64,000 nucleotides of DNA from Candidatus Poribacteria bacterium (GTDB lineage Bacteria > Poribacteria > WGA-4E > JAJDTR01). Location: the NCBI GenBank assembly GCA_965204085.1, contig CBDBEE010000003.1:1221345-1285344 (forward strand). Reading direction: 5' to 3'. The notes beneath the pieces are model-generated. The model was given only the letters and a program-made list of their open reading frames with translations, was not told the origin of the DNA and ran no database searches. Within the stretch, counting starts at the first letter, position 1; each line of letters opens with the position of its first letter. Both the position numbers and the translations under genes were made by a program. Below are positions 41,201 through 50,436 of the stretch, piece by piece.

Positions 41201-42439
41201 ATAAATGTCAAAGAAACCGATGTCATCGTGGAGTTTACGAATGAGGGATTCCAGATTCAGCGCTGGGACGGGGGCTTGAACGGAGGAGCTTACCGAGCGG
41301 GCGGTTACGGCACGTCTGACTGGCACCGTCTCGAATACCTCGATCTCACGGCTACGCTTAAAGGGGGATCCACCTTTGAAGTCCCCGGGCTTTACCGCGT
41401 CACATGCGGCGAAGTGGATGTGTTCATGAAGGGAGCGGTCGGAGGCAGAGGAAGCGGGAATCCGATGGTTGTCGATTCCGGCGGCTCCGTTGAAGGCTTG
41501 CCGCCGGTGCAGGGCACGGTTCGGATATTAGAAGGCGTCTATGAACGACATTGGAAGCAACTTGTAAATGAGTGGTTCGATCAAGCGGCCGAACTTTATC
41601 TTGAAGTCTGGTCGGATTACCCCATCATGAGAGACCTAAAATTCGATCTAGACGTGCTCGCACCGAACGATTTCCGGGTAGTATCCAATTTGGGCGAACT
41701 CGATATTGAGGTATCGATAGACGGAACTCTCTCAGGGCGGATACAGAAGCCCTCCTTCAACGGGCGAGTAAATCTGATGCCGAGGAGCGAGTTTACACTT
41801 GAAGGCGTTATTTATCCGTTTACAGTTGAGGAAGGTTCGTATGTCGAAAACACGGATCCGCTTGTATTCAACCCCCACTACGAGATTCACGCCAAGACGC
41901 TGGACCCTATCGAACGAGTTCGGGTTGTCGCGACCGATGGCTCGGTGTACACTCGGGACGTGGAAATCAGAGTCGACCTCAGCGGATTCCTCAAGCAGAA
42001 GGAACAGAGGCATCATTCCCAGTTTTACGCGGATGTGCTGGGCCGCGGCCCTAGTGAAGAGTACGATTTGAGCCAGACACAAATTATTTCCATTCTGGCA
42101 ACGGGAGACGTCGACGCGCTTGGAACATCGCCCTTTGGTGCTTCCCTAGCCTTGCTCGCGCGCCCGGGACAACGGTTTCTCGGAAACCAAGTGGCGCAAT
42201 TCATCGGCTTACACGGACCGGTACTGGACCCTAGTTCGCCCAGCTTTGAGAAACCGCGATTGCTTCTCTCAAGGGAAATTTTCGAGCGGCTTCTCGTCAC
42301 TTATTCCTCAACCTTGAAAATTCACGGGGAACCGCGGATCGAAGTAGAATATGAGATTAAGCGAGGGCTCTCAATTACCGGCGAACGGAGCGAGGAAGGG
42401 ACATACGGTGTGGATCTGAAGCTGGAGCAACGGTTTTGA
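35294..42439 (+). CDS. Giant TamB/AsmA-like translocation-assembly protein
   Basis: N-terminal TM anchor, long beta-rich repeats (G...P...G motifs), C-terminal GVDL...F; upstream of an Omp85 gene. Confidence 0.85.
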   Translation: MNRRQIVITLLIAFPICLILGAFLFLRSTYLLEKIHATLEMRLGQRLEQPLLFSVAYADSHAIMLDNGRLPETLRTAFADNGIEFSPSVSVLPLDRSGEWVVSDKNHKWRYVVLREGNGTGNWQFNDRRFFNVFKYVVSIGDLSGDIFTGLSLKQFEIADGHHQHQPLISAEEIVLKYDLLRLIGGKFHITKLRFMRPRFNLRTREDGRLNLTSIVPETDSTSDSSVPFQFGIANVEIVDGDVNYEDGERNLKVAVNGIQSLVKGPLDRWEHSGPLAIQDGSFELNDAETKIHEFKTQFKLLAGEGELKEMHLAMGNSRAAISGKVRGFTEASRYLESRIDLNLDLGDIQNLLPDEFKVAGNARIIVEAKGASSDISGNLGLGLSSATFNDFHLEELHVDAEFNRDALKLTDVNGRLASGVLTAGLEASFGSFGDSLFSLISSAEQSPQNTTEQTASSEEGSESRIDYDGWVRLAGANVEEILPVFIDIPEDFLTMTGILDSQLKISGSLPITQEVSGQSGERPKLAIGDTLTLTGGLKIDAAAMNDERILASEASIKIAENHLQVDANLDDARIRVAGAAGLDGALDLDLEIRRIDTGKLMKIIRAPDLSGDATLRGKITSDVPLTGFLEIPEASLFEVPIGLLTADFYYKNGNVTLQPVRLSKGESLLTLNGVAQVEGDIPVEFRVRAHPFQISDYVRLLAGAEYPVEGIVTGDLALDGTLNGLDGRGRLNVASAKAWDLALDPLILPLVIEDYSLHVSDFEVFAREQRGVINFQITPELNYQLQFQSDPMRLKELAIARAIPDFLLDADLVVNATGEGNAADPRVDVIFDFSDITYDGHVIVPGRNGIRNSPEIRISGVFTENALRFEGTGFDGSSQIRGIIESTVGNPYQLFMRSNGINVSPILGVFHDSFKELPATANGTLEVSGTLVDLTQFTLNTALTTLEMEANGRRLTNAAPIRFGFIDNIWRVDSFSLANLKGRAIGTPFVNLRLTLDDQSIDFVAESRDFQLEPLCGVLDLPATLSGSASYKLTGSGSLANPKLALEWAIPELRVENVPVPIVVSEASGSVGYTDHTLTVEPFDLLLTGFPVHVEGTAAVDINDLQSSTLNLRTSIPDFDLGTIESGQFFKGKDDRQFPIELSTEGRLDIDASLTGTLGHPKIDASIDVTGAKTQVLNYPQPLENIDLGLRVVGGNGTSDDLLKVTLTAAVWNIGEGRYQARGSWQLPKTKAQITLIDVLPSLAELNPLFQLQLDGEGTNLTDFASHFTSKSGNRGISEYLFSDKITQATVDSRLEFKGDGYSLDRISAQLTLNNLHVDFNQNDMLSVEPIRAELADGTFRLNSFQIGSPSRMEHGKGGGHDDSMATNQSDSHPSRNIIKWADARGWINLDGDLGIDVELAGFPFGALLPGMTVPLFNSTVGVEASLTGVARVSGNVANPVITAEWEAQGSIGDQLTSHFLQFADTGQVEYRDQVFEIKQTELSGYGNHLTIQGTIPIDLRLQPHKLKDRFLDQPVHLEIRSQEADLSFFSQFQPQLEAVGGIADVNLKIQGTTAAPYLYGTASLHDGMVKFTNFDTPISNTRISLRADGEELLVPEFRFEIGEGRYALDVYFDMNGLLPRNLEIRSFHAQQAQLSDFARNLLPATMGANLAGHVTAEAHLTLPTDRFITAGDAPWLPKIILPLTPYNLASHATGELKVEEVFINTLDYEVQNLGPIRCQLGSGQINLADGFMLQDQRDDIGEAKRFTLVVESGQWSVPGKAAASTGETVVGGQESMSSEIGSVVSGRYVLDMRTSNLNLGFVSNFLPKGYAVDGLLNSELSVRGTGENPELTFRWDTSNLSINRAHVDECSGRAAYRNGKLYTEKPARLVIGSNRADFSGSIPFDVSLDRLHANLPSPNVSGKADAIEGRLDVFIENLEFLPLIQSQIGFAKGTGSVNVTIGGGIDAPKLKGVANFADLAFNITEANINVKETDVIVEFTNEGFQIQRWDGGLNGGAYRAGGYGTSDWHRLEYLDLTATLKGGSTFEVPGLYRVTCGEVDVFMKGAVGGRGSGNPMVVDSGGSVEGLPPVQGTVRILEGVYERHWKQLVNEWFDQAAELYLEVWSDYPIMRDLKFDLDVLAPNDFRVVSNLGELDIEVSIDGTLSGRIQKPSFNGRVNLMPRSEFTLEGVIYPFTVEEGSYVENTDPLVFNPHYEIHAKTLDPIERVRVVATDGSVYTRDVEIRVDLSGFLKQKEQRHHSQFYADVLGRGPSEEYDLSQTQIISILATGDVDALGTSPFGASLALLARPGQRFLGNQVAQFIGLHGPVLDPSSPSFEKPRLLLSREIFERLLVTYSSTLKIHGEPRIEVEYEIKRGLSITGERSEEGTYGVDLKLEQRF

Positions 42440-42535
42440 AGCAGTGGTCAGTGGCTGGTGATCGGAGAAATAGCTGTTGACGCTGAAAACCTTTTTTCAC
42501 CTTGCTACTCGTTACTGTTCACTGACAACTGAATT

Positions 42536-45500
42536 ATGAACTACGTCTTAACTCGCCACTCATCACTCATCACCTTCCGTTGCCTTTTCCTATTCGTGCT
42601 CTTTCTCGTTCAATCCCCTTGCATCGCAAGCTCTTCCGGGCAGACTCGTCCCGTCAAACCGCAACCTACAATCACCAAAATTAGCTTCTTCATCAATGGA
42701 AAAATTCCGGTGGATTCTTCTCGCTTGGCACAGTTGCGGCAGATTTGCGAGATTTCGGTCGGTGATCTGCTGTCTCCCTATGCCGTTGCCAAAAGCATCA
42801 AGGAAATCTACGCGACGGGCGAGTTTTCCCAAGTTGAAGTCATCAGGCAGGAAGTCTTCCGCGGGGTTTATTTGAAATTCCAGCTAACCGAAAAGATCCT
42901 CATTAGTCGTATTGTGTTCACGGGGATGCGCTTGGATGACGAAATGGTTCGCAAAGTCATGAAATCTCGCGAGGGCGGCGAATACGTCGAGGAGGTGGCG
43001 CAGGGCGATAGACAACGCATACAACAGCTTTACCAGGACCTAGGGTATCTTAGAGCTCAAGTGCGCTTTACCGCGCCTCCAACTTCACAGATCAAGGGAC
43101 CGGTCACACTGACTTATGTCGTGAAAGAGGGGAATCAGTCGATTATTCGAGAAATAGAGTTCATCGGAAATTCCTCGTTGTCCGATAAGCAGCTAAAACG
43201 TGCAATTAAAACTAAGGTGGGGCAACCGTACGACAAAGGTCAAGTGGGACGCGACAGCCAGAGCTTGATGGCACTCTATCGGAGCAATGGATTCTTGAGT
43301 GCACGCATTCACCCAGAGCAACGCACTGAACGCGCTGAGCTATTCCTCACCTTCAACATCGTCGAAGGAAAGAAGGTAATTGTAAAGGGCATTGACGACG
43401 ACGAACTGCTAAAACGAATGGGTTTGTTCAAACAGGATAGTTATTCTGATGCGATTCTCGAAGGCAATAGAGCACAAATTCGACAATTCTACCGTCAGAA
43501 AGGCTACTACGACCCAAAGGTCGCTTATCAGATTGAAAAGGATACGGCGCACGAGGTCGTTATCCAGTTCGATATTGATTTGGGTTTGGCGCCGAAAATT
43601 GGGCAAATCACTTTCAATGGTAACAACGAATTTCAGAGCAAGACTCTACTTGATATTATGAAGACCCAGCCCCGCAGCCGGTGGGCAGTCCCCGGTCTGA
43701 GGTGGTTTTTTTCCAAAGGCATCTTCGATTCTCTTGTGTTCGAGACGGACATTCGCGCGCTGGAACTCCTGTATCGAAAGGCGGGATATCCCGATGTGCA
43801 GGTGGAAGTCCGGCAAGAGATAGATGCGAAGAACCAACGTCTCAACCTCCAAATTGATGTCAGCGAAGGGACACAGCAGGTCATTCGCCGAGTTACAGTT
43901 GCAGGAAACCGAGTATTCCAAACAGAAGAACTGTTGTCCCAACTTGATGCCATACCCGGTAAACCCTACAGCACGGAAGGTATCGTCGTCGACGACCATT
44001 ACAAGTTGCTGGCATATTACAATGAAAAAGGTTACATCTATGCAGGTGTAACACCGGAATATAACGCTCACCTATTCCAGACTACCCTAGAACGCCCAAA
44101 TGACTGGGAAAATCTTGAGAATCGACTTCCTAAAAAGTTGCCCATCCCTGCGCCTGAAGTTTTCCGCGAGTTGTTTGAAGGGAAATTGGACAGTGACCGG
44201 GAAGCCGCCAGCGACTCACTACGCTTATCTCCGAACGTCTTCGTAGAAAAACAGGAGAGCGGCTGGATGGTGACCGACCAAAACACTGAACGCAGCTATA
44301 TCGTGGAAAGGGACAAGGACACGCTCAACATCTACGAGATCGGTCTGTTGAGATACAACATCACTGAGGGGGAAAGAGTTTCATTCGGAGTGTTCAGCTT
44401 TTCGAGGGACTCTACGACCGGGATCAGAGAGAATGTATTGCGGCGGGAGTTTGAAAGTCTGGGTGTGCATAAAGGCGCCGTCTTCAACCCCGATAAGCTG
44501 CGCGAAGCTCAGCAACGCCTAGCTAGGCTTGACATTTTCAGACGAGTTAAAATAGATACTCCGGGAATGAAGGACCGTAAAGAAGTGCTTGATGTCGATG
44601 TGGAAGCGGAGCTAAGACAGCCCGGTTCCATTAGCGTTCGGGGAGGTTACAGCCCCTCGGAGGGAATCCGCGGCACACTGGCGGTGCTTCATAGCAATCT
44701 GTACAGACGAAACATGAGGGCGGGAGCGAAACTAATAGCAGGCACACGAGGAAATCTATATGAACTCACCCTCATTGAACCTTGGCTCATCGGACCCACC
44801 ATGGGAACATTGCGGATATTTGAGGATAATTTGGAGGAGCAGGACAATACTCGCGCGAGAGGTGCCACCGGGAATCTTGCAAGACGCTTAAGTCTGTACA
44901 GCAACATAGCGGTACAGTACAAGTACCAGGAGTTGCGACAGCGGATTATGACCATGCAAGAGCTTGAATCTTCAAAGCCGGTAACACCGATGGAGAGATA
45001 TACAACCGTTAGCAGCTTGGGGTTGTCATTTCACCGTGACAACCGTGAACCATTTCTAAATCCGGCACACGGCTGGTTAAACGAATTCGCCGTCGAGTAT
45101 GCTGGAGGATTTATCGGCGGGAAAACGAGTTTTTTCAAACTTACAGGGGACAATCGAATTTACTCGCAGGTTGGGAACATGGTTCTTGTCAATGCGCTGC
45201 GCCTTGGTTATGCAAGAGGTTTACGCTCGAACCGCGAGCGTGAGATTGTGTCCTTTGAGCGATTTCGAGCTGGTGGATCAACGACGGTTAGAGGATACGA
45301 AGATAGATCACTCGGTCCACTTGATGACGAATTGTCCAACACCCATCGAGGCGATGTGCTTTTCATATATAACATCGAGTTGCGGTTTCCTCTTCACAAA
45401 ATTCTCGGTGGAGCGCTGTTTTTCGACACGGGCAACGTGTGGGATAACCTCGGAACAGTCGATACTGATCCGTTGCACTCCGCAATCGGAGTAGGAGTGC

Positions 45501-45601
45501 GGGTCGACACACCGTTGGGACCATTCCGCTTTGATTACGGCGTCCCGTTAGTTGGCGACGAGTCACCGCAGATCATTGTCGGGTTGGGTCAGGCCTTTTG
45601 A
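42536..45601 (+). CDS. BamA/TamA (Omp85) family outer-membrane protein with multiple POTRA domains
   Basis: POTRA Y...GY motifs, GGSTTVRGY, TPLGPFRFDYG, terminal F. Confidence 0.93.
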   Translation: MNYVLTRHSSLITFRCLFLFVLFLVQSPCIASSSGQTRPVKPQPTITKISFFINGKIPVDSSRLAQLRQICEISVGDLLSPYAVAKSIKEIYATGEFSQVEVIRQEVFRGVYLKFQLTEKILISRIVFTGMRLDDEMVRKVMKSREGGEYVEEVAQGDRQRIQQLYQDLGYLRAQVRFTAPPTSQIKGPVTLTYVVKEGNQSIIREIEFIGNSSLSDKQLKRAIKTKVGQPYDKGQVGRDSQSLMALYRSNGFLSARIHPEQRTERAELFLTFNIVEGKKVIVKGIDDDELLKRMGLFKQDSYSDAILEGNRAQIRQFYRQKGYYDPKVAYQIEKDTAHEVVIQFDIDLGLAPKIGQITFNGNNEFQSKTLLDIMKTQPRSRWAVPGLRWFFSKGIFDSLVFETDIRALELLYRKAGYPDVQVEVRQEIDAKNQRLNLQIDVSEGTQQVIRRVTVAGNRVFQTEELLSQLDAIPGKPYSTEGIVVDDHYKLLAYYNEKGYIYAGVTPEYNAHLFQTTLERPNDWENLENRLPKKLPIPAPEVFRELFEGKLDSDREAASDSLRLSPNVFVEKQESGWMVTDQNTERSYIVERDKDTLNIYEIGLLRYNITEGERVSFGVFSFSRDSTTGIRENVLRREFESLGVHKGAVFNPDKLREAQQRLARLDIFRRVKIDTPGMKDRKEVLDVDVEAELRQPGSISVRGGYSPSEGIRGTLAVLHSNLYRRNMRAGAKLIAGTRGNLYELTLIEPWLIGPTMGTLRIFEDNLEEQDNTRARGATGNLARRLSLYSNIAVQYKYQELRQRIMTMQELESSKPVTPMERYTTVSSLGLSFHRDNREPFLNPAHGWLNEFAVEYAGGFIGGKTSFFKLTGDNRIYSQVGNMVLVNALRLGYARGLRSNREREIVSFERFRAGGSTTVRGYEDRSLGPLDDELSNTHRGDVLFIYNIELRFPLHKILGGALFFDTGNVWDNLGTVDTDPLHSAIGVGVRVDTPLGPFRFDYGVPLVGDESPQIIVGLGQAF

Positions 45602-45891
45602 GGGTGAATAATGCGTAGTGCGTAATACGTATATCCTACTCTCCGCACCTATTTTGGGGGATTACAGAATTTATTGGTAGCACCCTAGTATCCCTGCCGA
45701 AATAATTCTTTCCGCAAGCAACACTCATTTTTCGCTCTATGACAGGTTTTGAAAAAGCATTCCTTCGTAGAATGGTTTCACTCCAGAGGAGTGCAATGTC
45801 AATAGAATCGTGATGCGTCCAATCTCCGCGCTCCAGCGGAGCGCCATGTGGTGTATTGCTATACTCCGCGCTGTCAGAAATTGCGTCTTCT

Positions 45892-45915
45892 GTAGGAGCG
45901 ATCTCCAGGTCGCGA
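45892..45915 (+). repeat. GTAG REP (family also at 19794-19817 and reversed at 61155-61178)
   Basis: gtaggagcgatctccaggtcgcga. Confidence 0.8.
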
Positions 45916-46214
45916 CCCTTGTACGAAGGAACTCCGATTCCCGACCTGCTGGTGCCACGTAAGTGCTATTAGAAACAATTATCACTGGAAAATAAAGTGC
46001 AATAATTCCCAACGCAAAGTATATACACATGCTGCAGAATCTCTATGGGAGTTCTGTATGCATTCATTAAGTTCGGGGTATGTCGTATCAGAGGATTGAG
46101 AATGGCGTGAAAAGAAATCTTCCAACCTTCCTCGCTTCCATCCTTCCAATCCTACTCTTCCCAGTCGATGCGGAAGATAAACTTTTATAGTAAAACTTGC
46201 TAACGTGAGGCATC

Positions 46215-48239
46215 ATGGATATTCCTTTGCTCTATGACATCTGCACGATATTCGGCTTATCCATAGGCGTTCTTTTGGTCTGCCATAGACTGCGTGTGCC
46301 GTCAATTGTCGGTTTTCTCGTGACAGGACTGATCGCGGGGCCTCACGGATTGGCACTGATTAAGGCTGACGGCGAAGTGGAGATTTTAGCCGAGGTCGGT
46401 GTTATCCTGCTGCTCTTCACCATCGGGATTGAGTTTTCGCTCAAGAGTCTGCTTCAGATTAAGCGATCGGTTCTGGTAGGCGGATCGTTACAAGTCGGAT
46501 TGACGCTTACGGCAGGGTTTGCGATCGCCCGGTATTTCGGGACGCCGACGAACCAATCGATTTTCATCGGCTGCCTTGCGGCGGTTAGCAGCACGGCGAT
46601 TGTGATGAAGCTGCTTCAAGAGCGCGACGAAACGCGAACTCCGCACGGGCGCACAGCCTTGGCAATCCTAATCTTTCAAGATATTGCCATCGTACCGATG
46701 ATGCTGATTACACCACTCCTAGCCAACCAAGCGGGTGACATGAGCAATGCGGTCATTTTACTGCTTGCGAAAGGTGTAGCGATGATTGCCGTGGTGTTTG
46801 TTGGTGCAAGGTATGTCGTTCCGCTGATTCTATCGCAAGTTCTTCGAACGCGCAGTCGAGAGATATTCCTATTGAGTGTCCTCGCCATCTGCTTGAGTGT
46901 CGTCTGGTTGACATCGCGTTTTGGCGTGTCCTTGGCACTTGGTGCGTTCCTCGCGGGACTAATCGTCTCCGAATCGGAATCGAGCCACGATGCGCTTGGT
47001 CACATCACACCGTTTCGGGATGTGTTCACCAGTTTCTTCTTTGTCTCGGTTGGTATGTTACTCGATTTCCACGTGCTGTTACAAGAACCTTTGTTGATTG
47101 TGGTAGTGACAATCGGTGTCCTCGTTGCCAAAAGCATCATCGCGGGAGGCGTGACGTGGATCCTCGGATACCCGTTCCGCACGGCGATTCTGGTAGGTCT
47201 CACACTGAGTCAGGTGGGTGAATTCGCGTTTATTTTATCGAAAACGGGTATAGAACACGGATTGTTCAGCGATGCAAATTACCGACTGTTTCTCTCTATT
47301 TCAGTTGTTACAATGGCTGCGACGCCGTTTATCATCTCGGGCGCGCCCCGTGCCGCCGATGCAGTGTTACGATTACCTCTGCCAAGTCGGCTGGTATTGG
47401 GATTGAGGCCGATCGCCCGAACACCGCACCACGCACATAAAAACCACATCGTTATCGTCGGCTTTGGGTTGAACGGTAGAAACGTCGCAAAGGCGGCGCG
47501 TGCGGCAGACATCCCTTATGTAATCATTGAGATGGATACGGAAATCGCCCGAACAGCGCGTGCCAATGGTGAACCGATTTTCTATGGCGATGCGGTTCAC
47601 GACGCTGTGCTCCACCATGTGAACATTAAGTCGGCGCGGGTTGTTGTAGTGGCGATTTCCGACGATGCCGCATCGCGCCGCATCGTAACAGCCGCACATG
47701 CGTTGAATCCGGCAGCGCACATTGTTGTCAGAACGCGGCACGTTGCCGAGGTGGAACCGCTCTATCGCGCCGGGGCGAACGAGGTGATTCCGGAGGAGTT
47801 CGAGACTTCGATTGAGATATTCACACGGGTACTGATGGAATACCTTGTCCCGCACGAAGAAATTGAACAGTTCATCGCTGAAGTACGAGCGGACGGCTAT
47901 AAGATGTTCCGCGGATTGCCCAAGGGGGCACCGGTTGCGGGTGATGGGCATGTGCATCACCCTGATCTGGAGATTTCGGTATTACGCGTGGATGAAAAAT
48001 CGCCCTTTGTTGGAAAATCCTTAGCGGAAATAGCGCTGCGAGAGACCTACGAAGTAACGGTGGTGGCAGTCCTACGGAACAGCCAGGTTTCGCCGAATCC
48101 ACGGGGTGACATGCGATTTGAGTGCAATGACGAAGCCTACCTGCTCGGCATGCCTGAGAAAATCGCTCTGGTCGCGGATCTGTTTGAAATCCCGCCATAC
48201 CAGACGCAAACACAAGTATACGACGGGGATTTACCATGA
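46215..48239 (+). CDS. CPA2 (KefB/KefC-like) cation:proton antiporter with TrkA-N and TrkA-C domains
   Basis: LLFTIGIEFS, FQDI, LGAFLAG, SQVGEFAF, GFGLNG, YGDA. Confidence 0.93.
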   Translation: MDIPLLYDICTIFGLSIGVLLVCHRLRVPSIVGFLVTGLIAGPHGLALIKADGEVEILAEVGVILLLFTIGIEFSLKSLLQIKRSVLVGGSLQVGLTLTAGFAIARYFGTPTNQSIFIGCLAAVSSTAIVMKLLQERDETRTPHGRTALAILIFQDIAIVPMMLITPLLANQAGDMSNAVILLLAKGVAMIAVVFVGARYVVPLILSQVLRTRSREIFLLSVLAICLSVVWLTSRFGVSLALGAFLAGLIVSESESSHDALGHITPFRDVFTSFFFVSVGMLLDFHVLLQEPLLIVVVTIGVLVAKSIIAGGVTWILGYPFRTAILVGLTLSQVGEFAFILSKTGIEHGLFSDANYRLFLSISVVTMAATPFIISGAPRAADAVLRLPLPSRLVLGLRPIARTPHHAHKNHIVIVGFGLNGRNVAKAARAADIPYVIIEMDTEIARTARANGEPIFYGDAVHDAVLHHVNIKSARVVVVAISDDAASRRIVTAAHALNPAAHIVVRTRHVAEVEPLYRAGANEVIPEEFETSIEIFTRVLMEYLVPHEEIEQFIAEVRADGYKMFRGLPKGAPVAGDGHVHHPDLEISVLRVDEKSPFVGKSLAEIALRETYEVTVVAVLRNSQVSPNPRGDMRFECNDEAYLLGMPEKIALVADLFEIPPYQTQTQVYDGDLP

Positions 48240-48378
48240 AATCAAAGAACGAGAATGCAGCAACCGTGTTGACATACTTCGGGTCAGCGCCAACGCCAAT
48301 GGGATTGCGCCTTCGCACAACCCGCCGCCCGGTGAAAGAACCTGTCACTAGCTGGACTTCCAAGAAGGAAAAGTCACG

Positions 48379-49533
48379 ATGTCCGATATAATTGAAGAAT
48401 TGAAACAGGCGTTTACTATCGAGGTGTCGGTTCCCTTTGTCGATGGACTTTCGATTGATTTGATTCAAGTAGCGATTTTCATCGTAATCTTCGGAGTGTT
48501 CTTAGTTCTGGGAGGATTGCTGCGCCGCTACCTGCGTCGGCTGTTTATGCAGTTACAGGTGAGAGAGGAGCGACAGGGACGGGCGCTTTGGGTGGCACAT
48601 TTTATCGTGGGTTTGGCAGGCTTGATCGCCGCACTCAATGCGTTTGGCGCCCCGCGGGATCTCATGAGGCGGTTGCTTAGTTATTCGATCCCCATCGGTC
48701 AAACCCGCTTGAGCGTAACCAGTATTGCGGTGGCTGTCGCCATCGTAGTAGCTTCGACTCTCTTCGCAAGGTATTTAAGGGTAGTGCTGCGCGACAAGGT
48801 GCTGCCGGCGCTCCAACTTCCGGTAAACGCAGAGTTTCTCTTTCTCCGGCTTGTCCAACTGATTGTAATCGCATTCGGAGTTCTCGTTGCGGTGAATCTG
48901 ATAGGATTCAACATGAACAGCGTGCTAGTGGCGCTTGGCGGACTTTCGATCGGAATAGGTTTCGGTTTGCAGAACATTGCGTCGAATTTCGTGTCCGGAG
49001 TCATTATGGTATTTGAGCGCCCGATAAAGATTGACGATAGGGTTACGGTCGGCGGCACCTACGGTATTGTCAAAGCCATCAACATGCGCTCAACCGTGGT
49101 AACCACGCCCGAGGATATCGACATTATCATCCCCAATTCCAAGTTTATCTCTGAAACCGTTACCAATCTGACGCACGACAACGCACGTACGCGAATAAAG
49201 GTTCCCGTTGGGGTATCCTACGATTCCGATGAGGATTTGGTGAAAAAGGCATTGCTGGAGGTTGCCAATTCTCATCCCGAGATAATTAAGGAGATGAATC
49301 CCGACCTACCGGACGTTGTACCGCCATTTGTACGTTTCATAAGATTCGGGGATTCATCGCTGGATTTCGAGATGCTGGCGTGGATTCCCAACGTGATGCG
49401 CCGCCTCGAGATTATTAGCGACCTGCATTTCATGATCCGCAAGAAGTTTAGGGAACACCAGATTGTTATTGCGTTCCCACAGCGCGATGTTCACGTTTAC
49501 CCCGCCGCGGACGTGCAACCGAAGGAAGCCTGA
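48379..49533 (+). CDS. MscS-family mechanosensitive channel
   Basis: GIGFGLQNIASNFVSG, IIPNS, FGDSSLDF, FPQRD. Confidence 0.93.
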   Translation: MSDIIEELKQAFTIEVSVPFVDGLSIDLIQVAIFIVIFGVFLVLGGLLRRYLRRLFMQLQVREERQGRALWVAHFIVGLAGLIAALNAFGAPRDLMRRLLSYSIPIGQTRLSVTSIAVAVAIVVASTLFARYLRVVLRDKVLPALQLPVNAEFLFLRLVQLIVIAFGVLVAVNLIGFNMNSVLVALGGLSIGIGFGLQNIASNFVSGVIMVFERPIKIDDRVTVGGTYGIVKAINMRSTVVTTPEDIDIIIPNSKFISETVTNLTHDNARTRIKVPVGVSYDSDEDLVKKALLEVANSHPEIIKEMNPDLPDVVPPFVRFIRFGDSSLDFEMLAWIPNVMRRLEIISDLHFMIRKKFREHQIVIAFPQRDVHVYPAADVQPKEA

Positions 49534-49876
49534 ACCTTCTTGGATTATTTGGCATCGCGTAGTTCTCATCTGCAAAATTGAACAATGGCAAGCAGAAAGT
49601 AGACCGCCAAAATCTCGACCGCGCATCAAGGATAAGATAGTGCCCGAACGATGCCACAAAGGCGTATTTGTGTAAAATTTGCCTATCGGGTTTTAGTGCG
49701 CCATGCTTCTGGGTGAAACGAAAGAAGGAAAGAAGAATAGAAGAATGTTGAATAACGGCAAGGCTTGCGTCCGGACTTGCCATCTTCCAAAGTTTAACGG
49801 CATATTCACGGTACATGCAGGCCTCCTAAAGGAGGTACGGATTTGTGGATTGGTGAAATGGTAATCTTGCAAAGTT

Positions 49877-49893
49877 TTGGCATGTTATTTGCC
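49877..49893 (+). promoter_or_regulatory. Sigma54-type -24/-12 promoter upstream of hsp20
   Basis: TTGGCA-TGTTAT-TTGC, GG and GC 12 nt apart. Confidence 0.55.
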
Positions 49894-49963
49894 CTATTGA
49901 ATATCATGTCGTGAGACTTACACAACAAACTAACCACTTACAACACCCAAGGAGGACAATAAA

Positions 49964-50416
49964 ATGGCAAGAATCACTGCATGGAGACCGCTACAGGACA
50001 TCCTTTCAACTCGGAGGGAAATCGATCGAATTTTCGATAATTTCTTTCACAACCAAAGCGTTCCGAAGTCAGAGACGGACAGTGACTGGTCGCCGCTGGT
50101 AGATGTTGTGGATGCGGAAGATCACGTTGAATTTCACGCTGAAATTCCAGGCATGTCCGAGGACGACGTGAAAGTGTCGATTAGCGAGAACGTACTGACG
50201 ATTACGGGAGAGAAAAAAACCGAGTCGGAGGACACGAAGGACGGCTATCAGCTTTCCGAGCGAAGCTACGGCAGGTTCCAGCGTACGTTTACGCTTCCCG
50301 GCAATCTCATGACGGAGGACATCGCCGCTTCGTGCAAAAACGGGGTACTCTCAATTTCGGTGCCGAAGGTCAAGAAAGAAGAGGCAAGAGAGGTGCCGAT
50401 TAAAGGCGAGAAATAA
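49964..50416 (+). CDS. Hsp20/alpha-crystallin small heat-shock protein
   Basis: W.P.VD, EIPG, ERSYG.F.R.F.LP, NGVL.I.VPK. Confidence 0.95.
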   Translation: MARITAWRPLQDILSTRREIDRIFDNFFHNQSVPKSETDSDWSPLVDVVDAEDHVEFHAEIPGMSEDDVKVSISENVLTITGEKKTESEDTKDGYQLSERSYGRFQRTFTLPGNLMTEDIAASCKNGVLSISVPKVKKEEAREVPIKGEK

Positions 50417-50436
50417 TCGCATTTCTCGCGAATCCC

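Noticed and set aside
49549-49657. Possible MITE with tggcatcg / cgatgcca ends
   Set aside because: Only an 8-bp IR, no TSD and no second copy.
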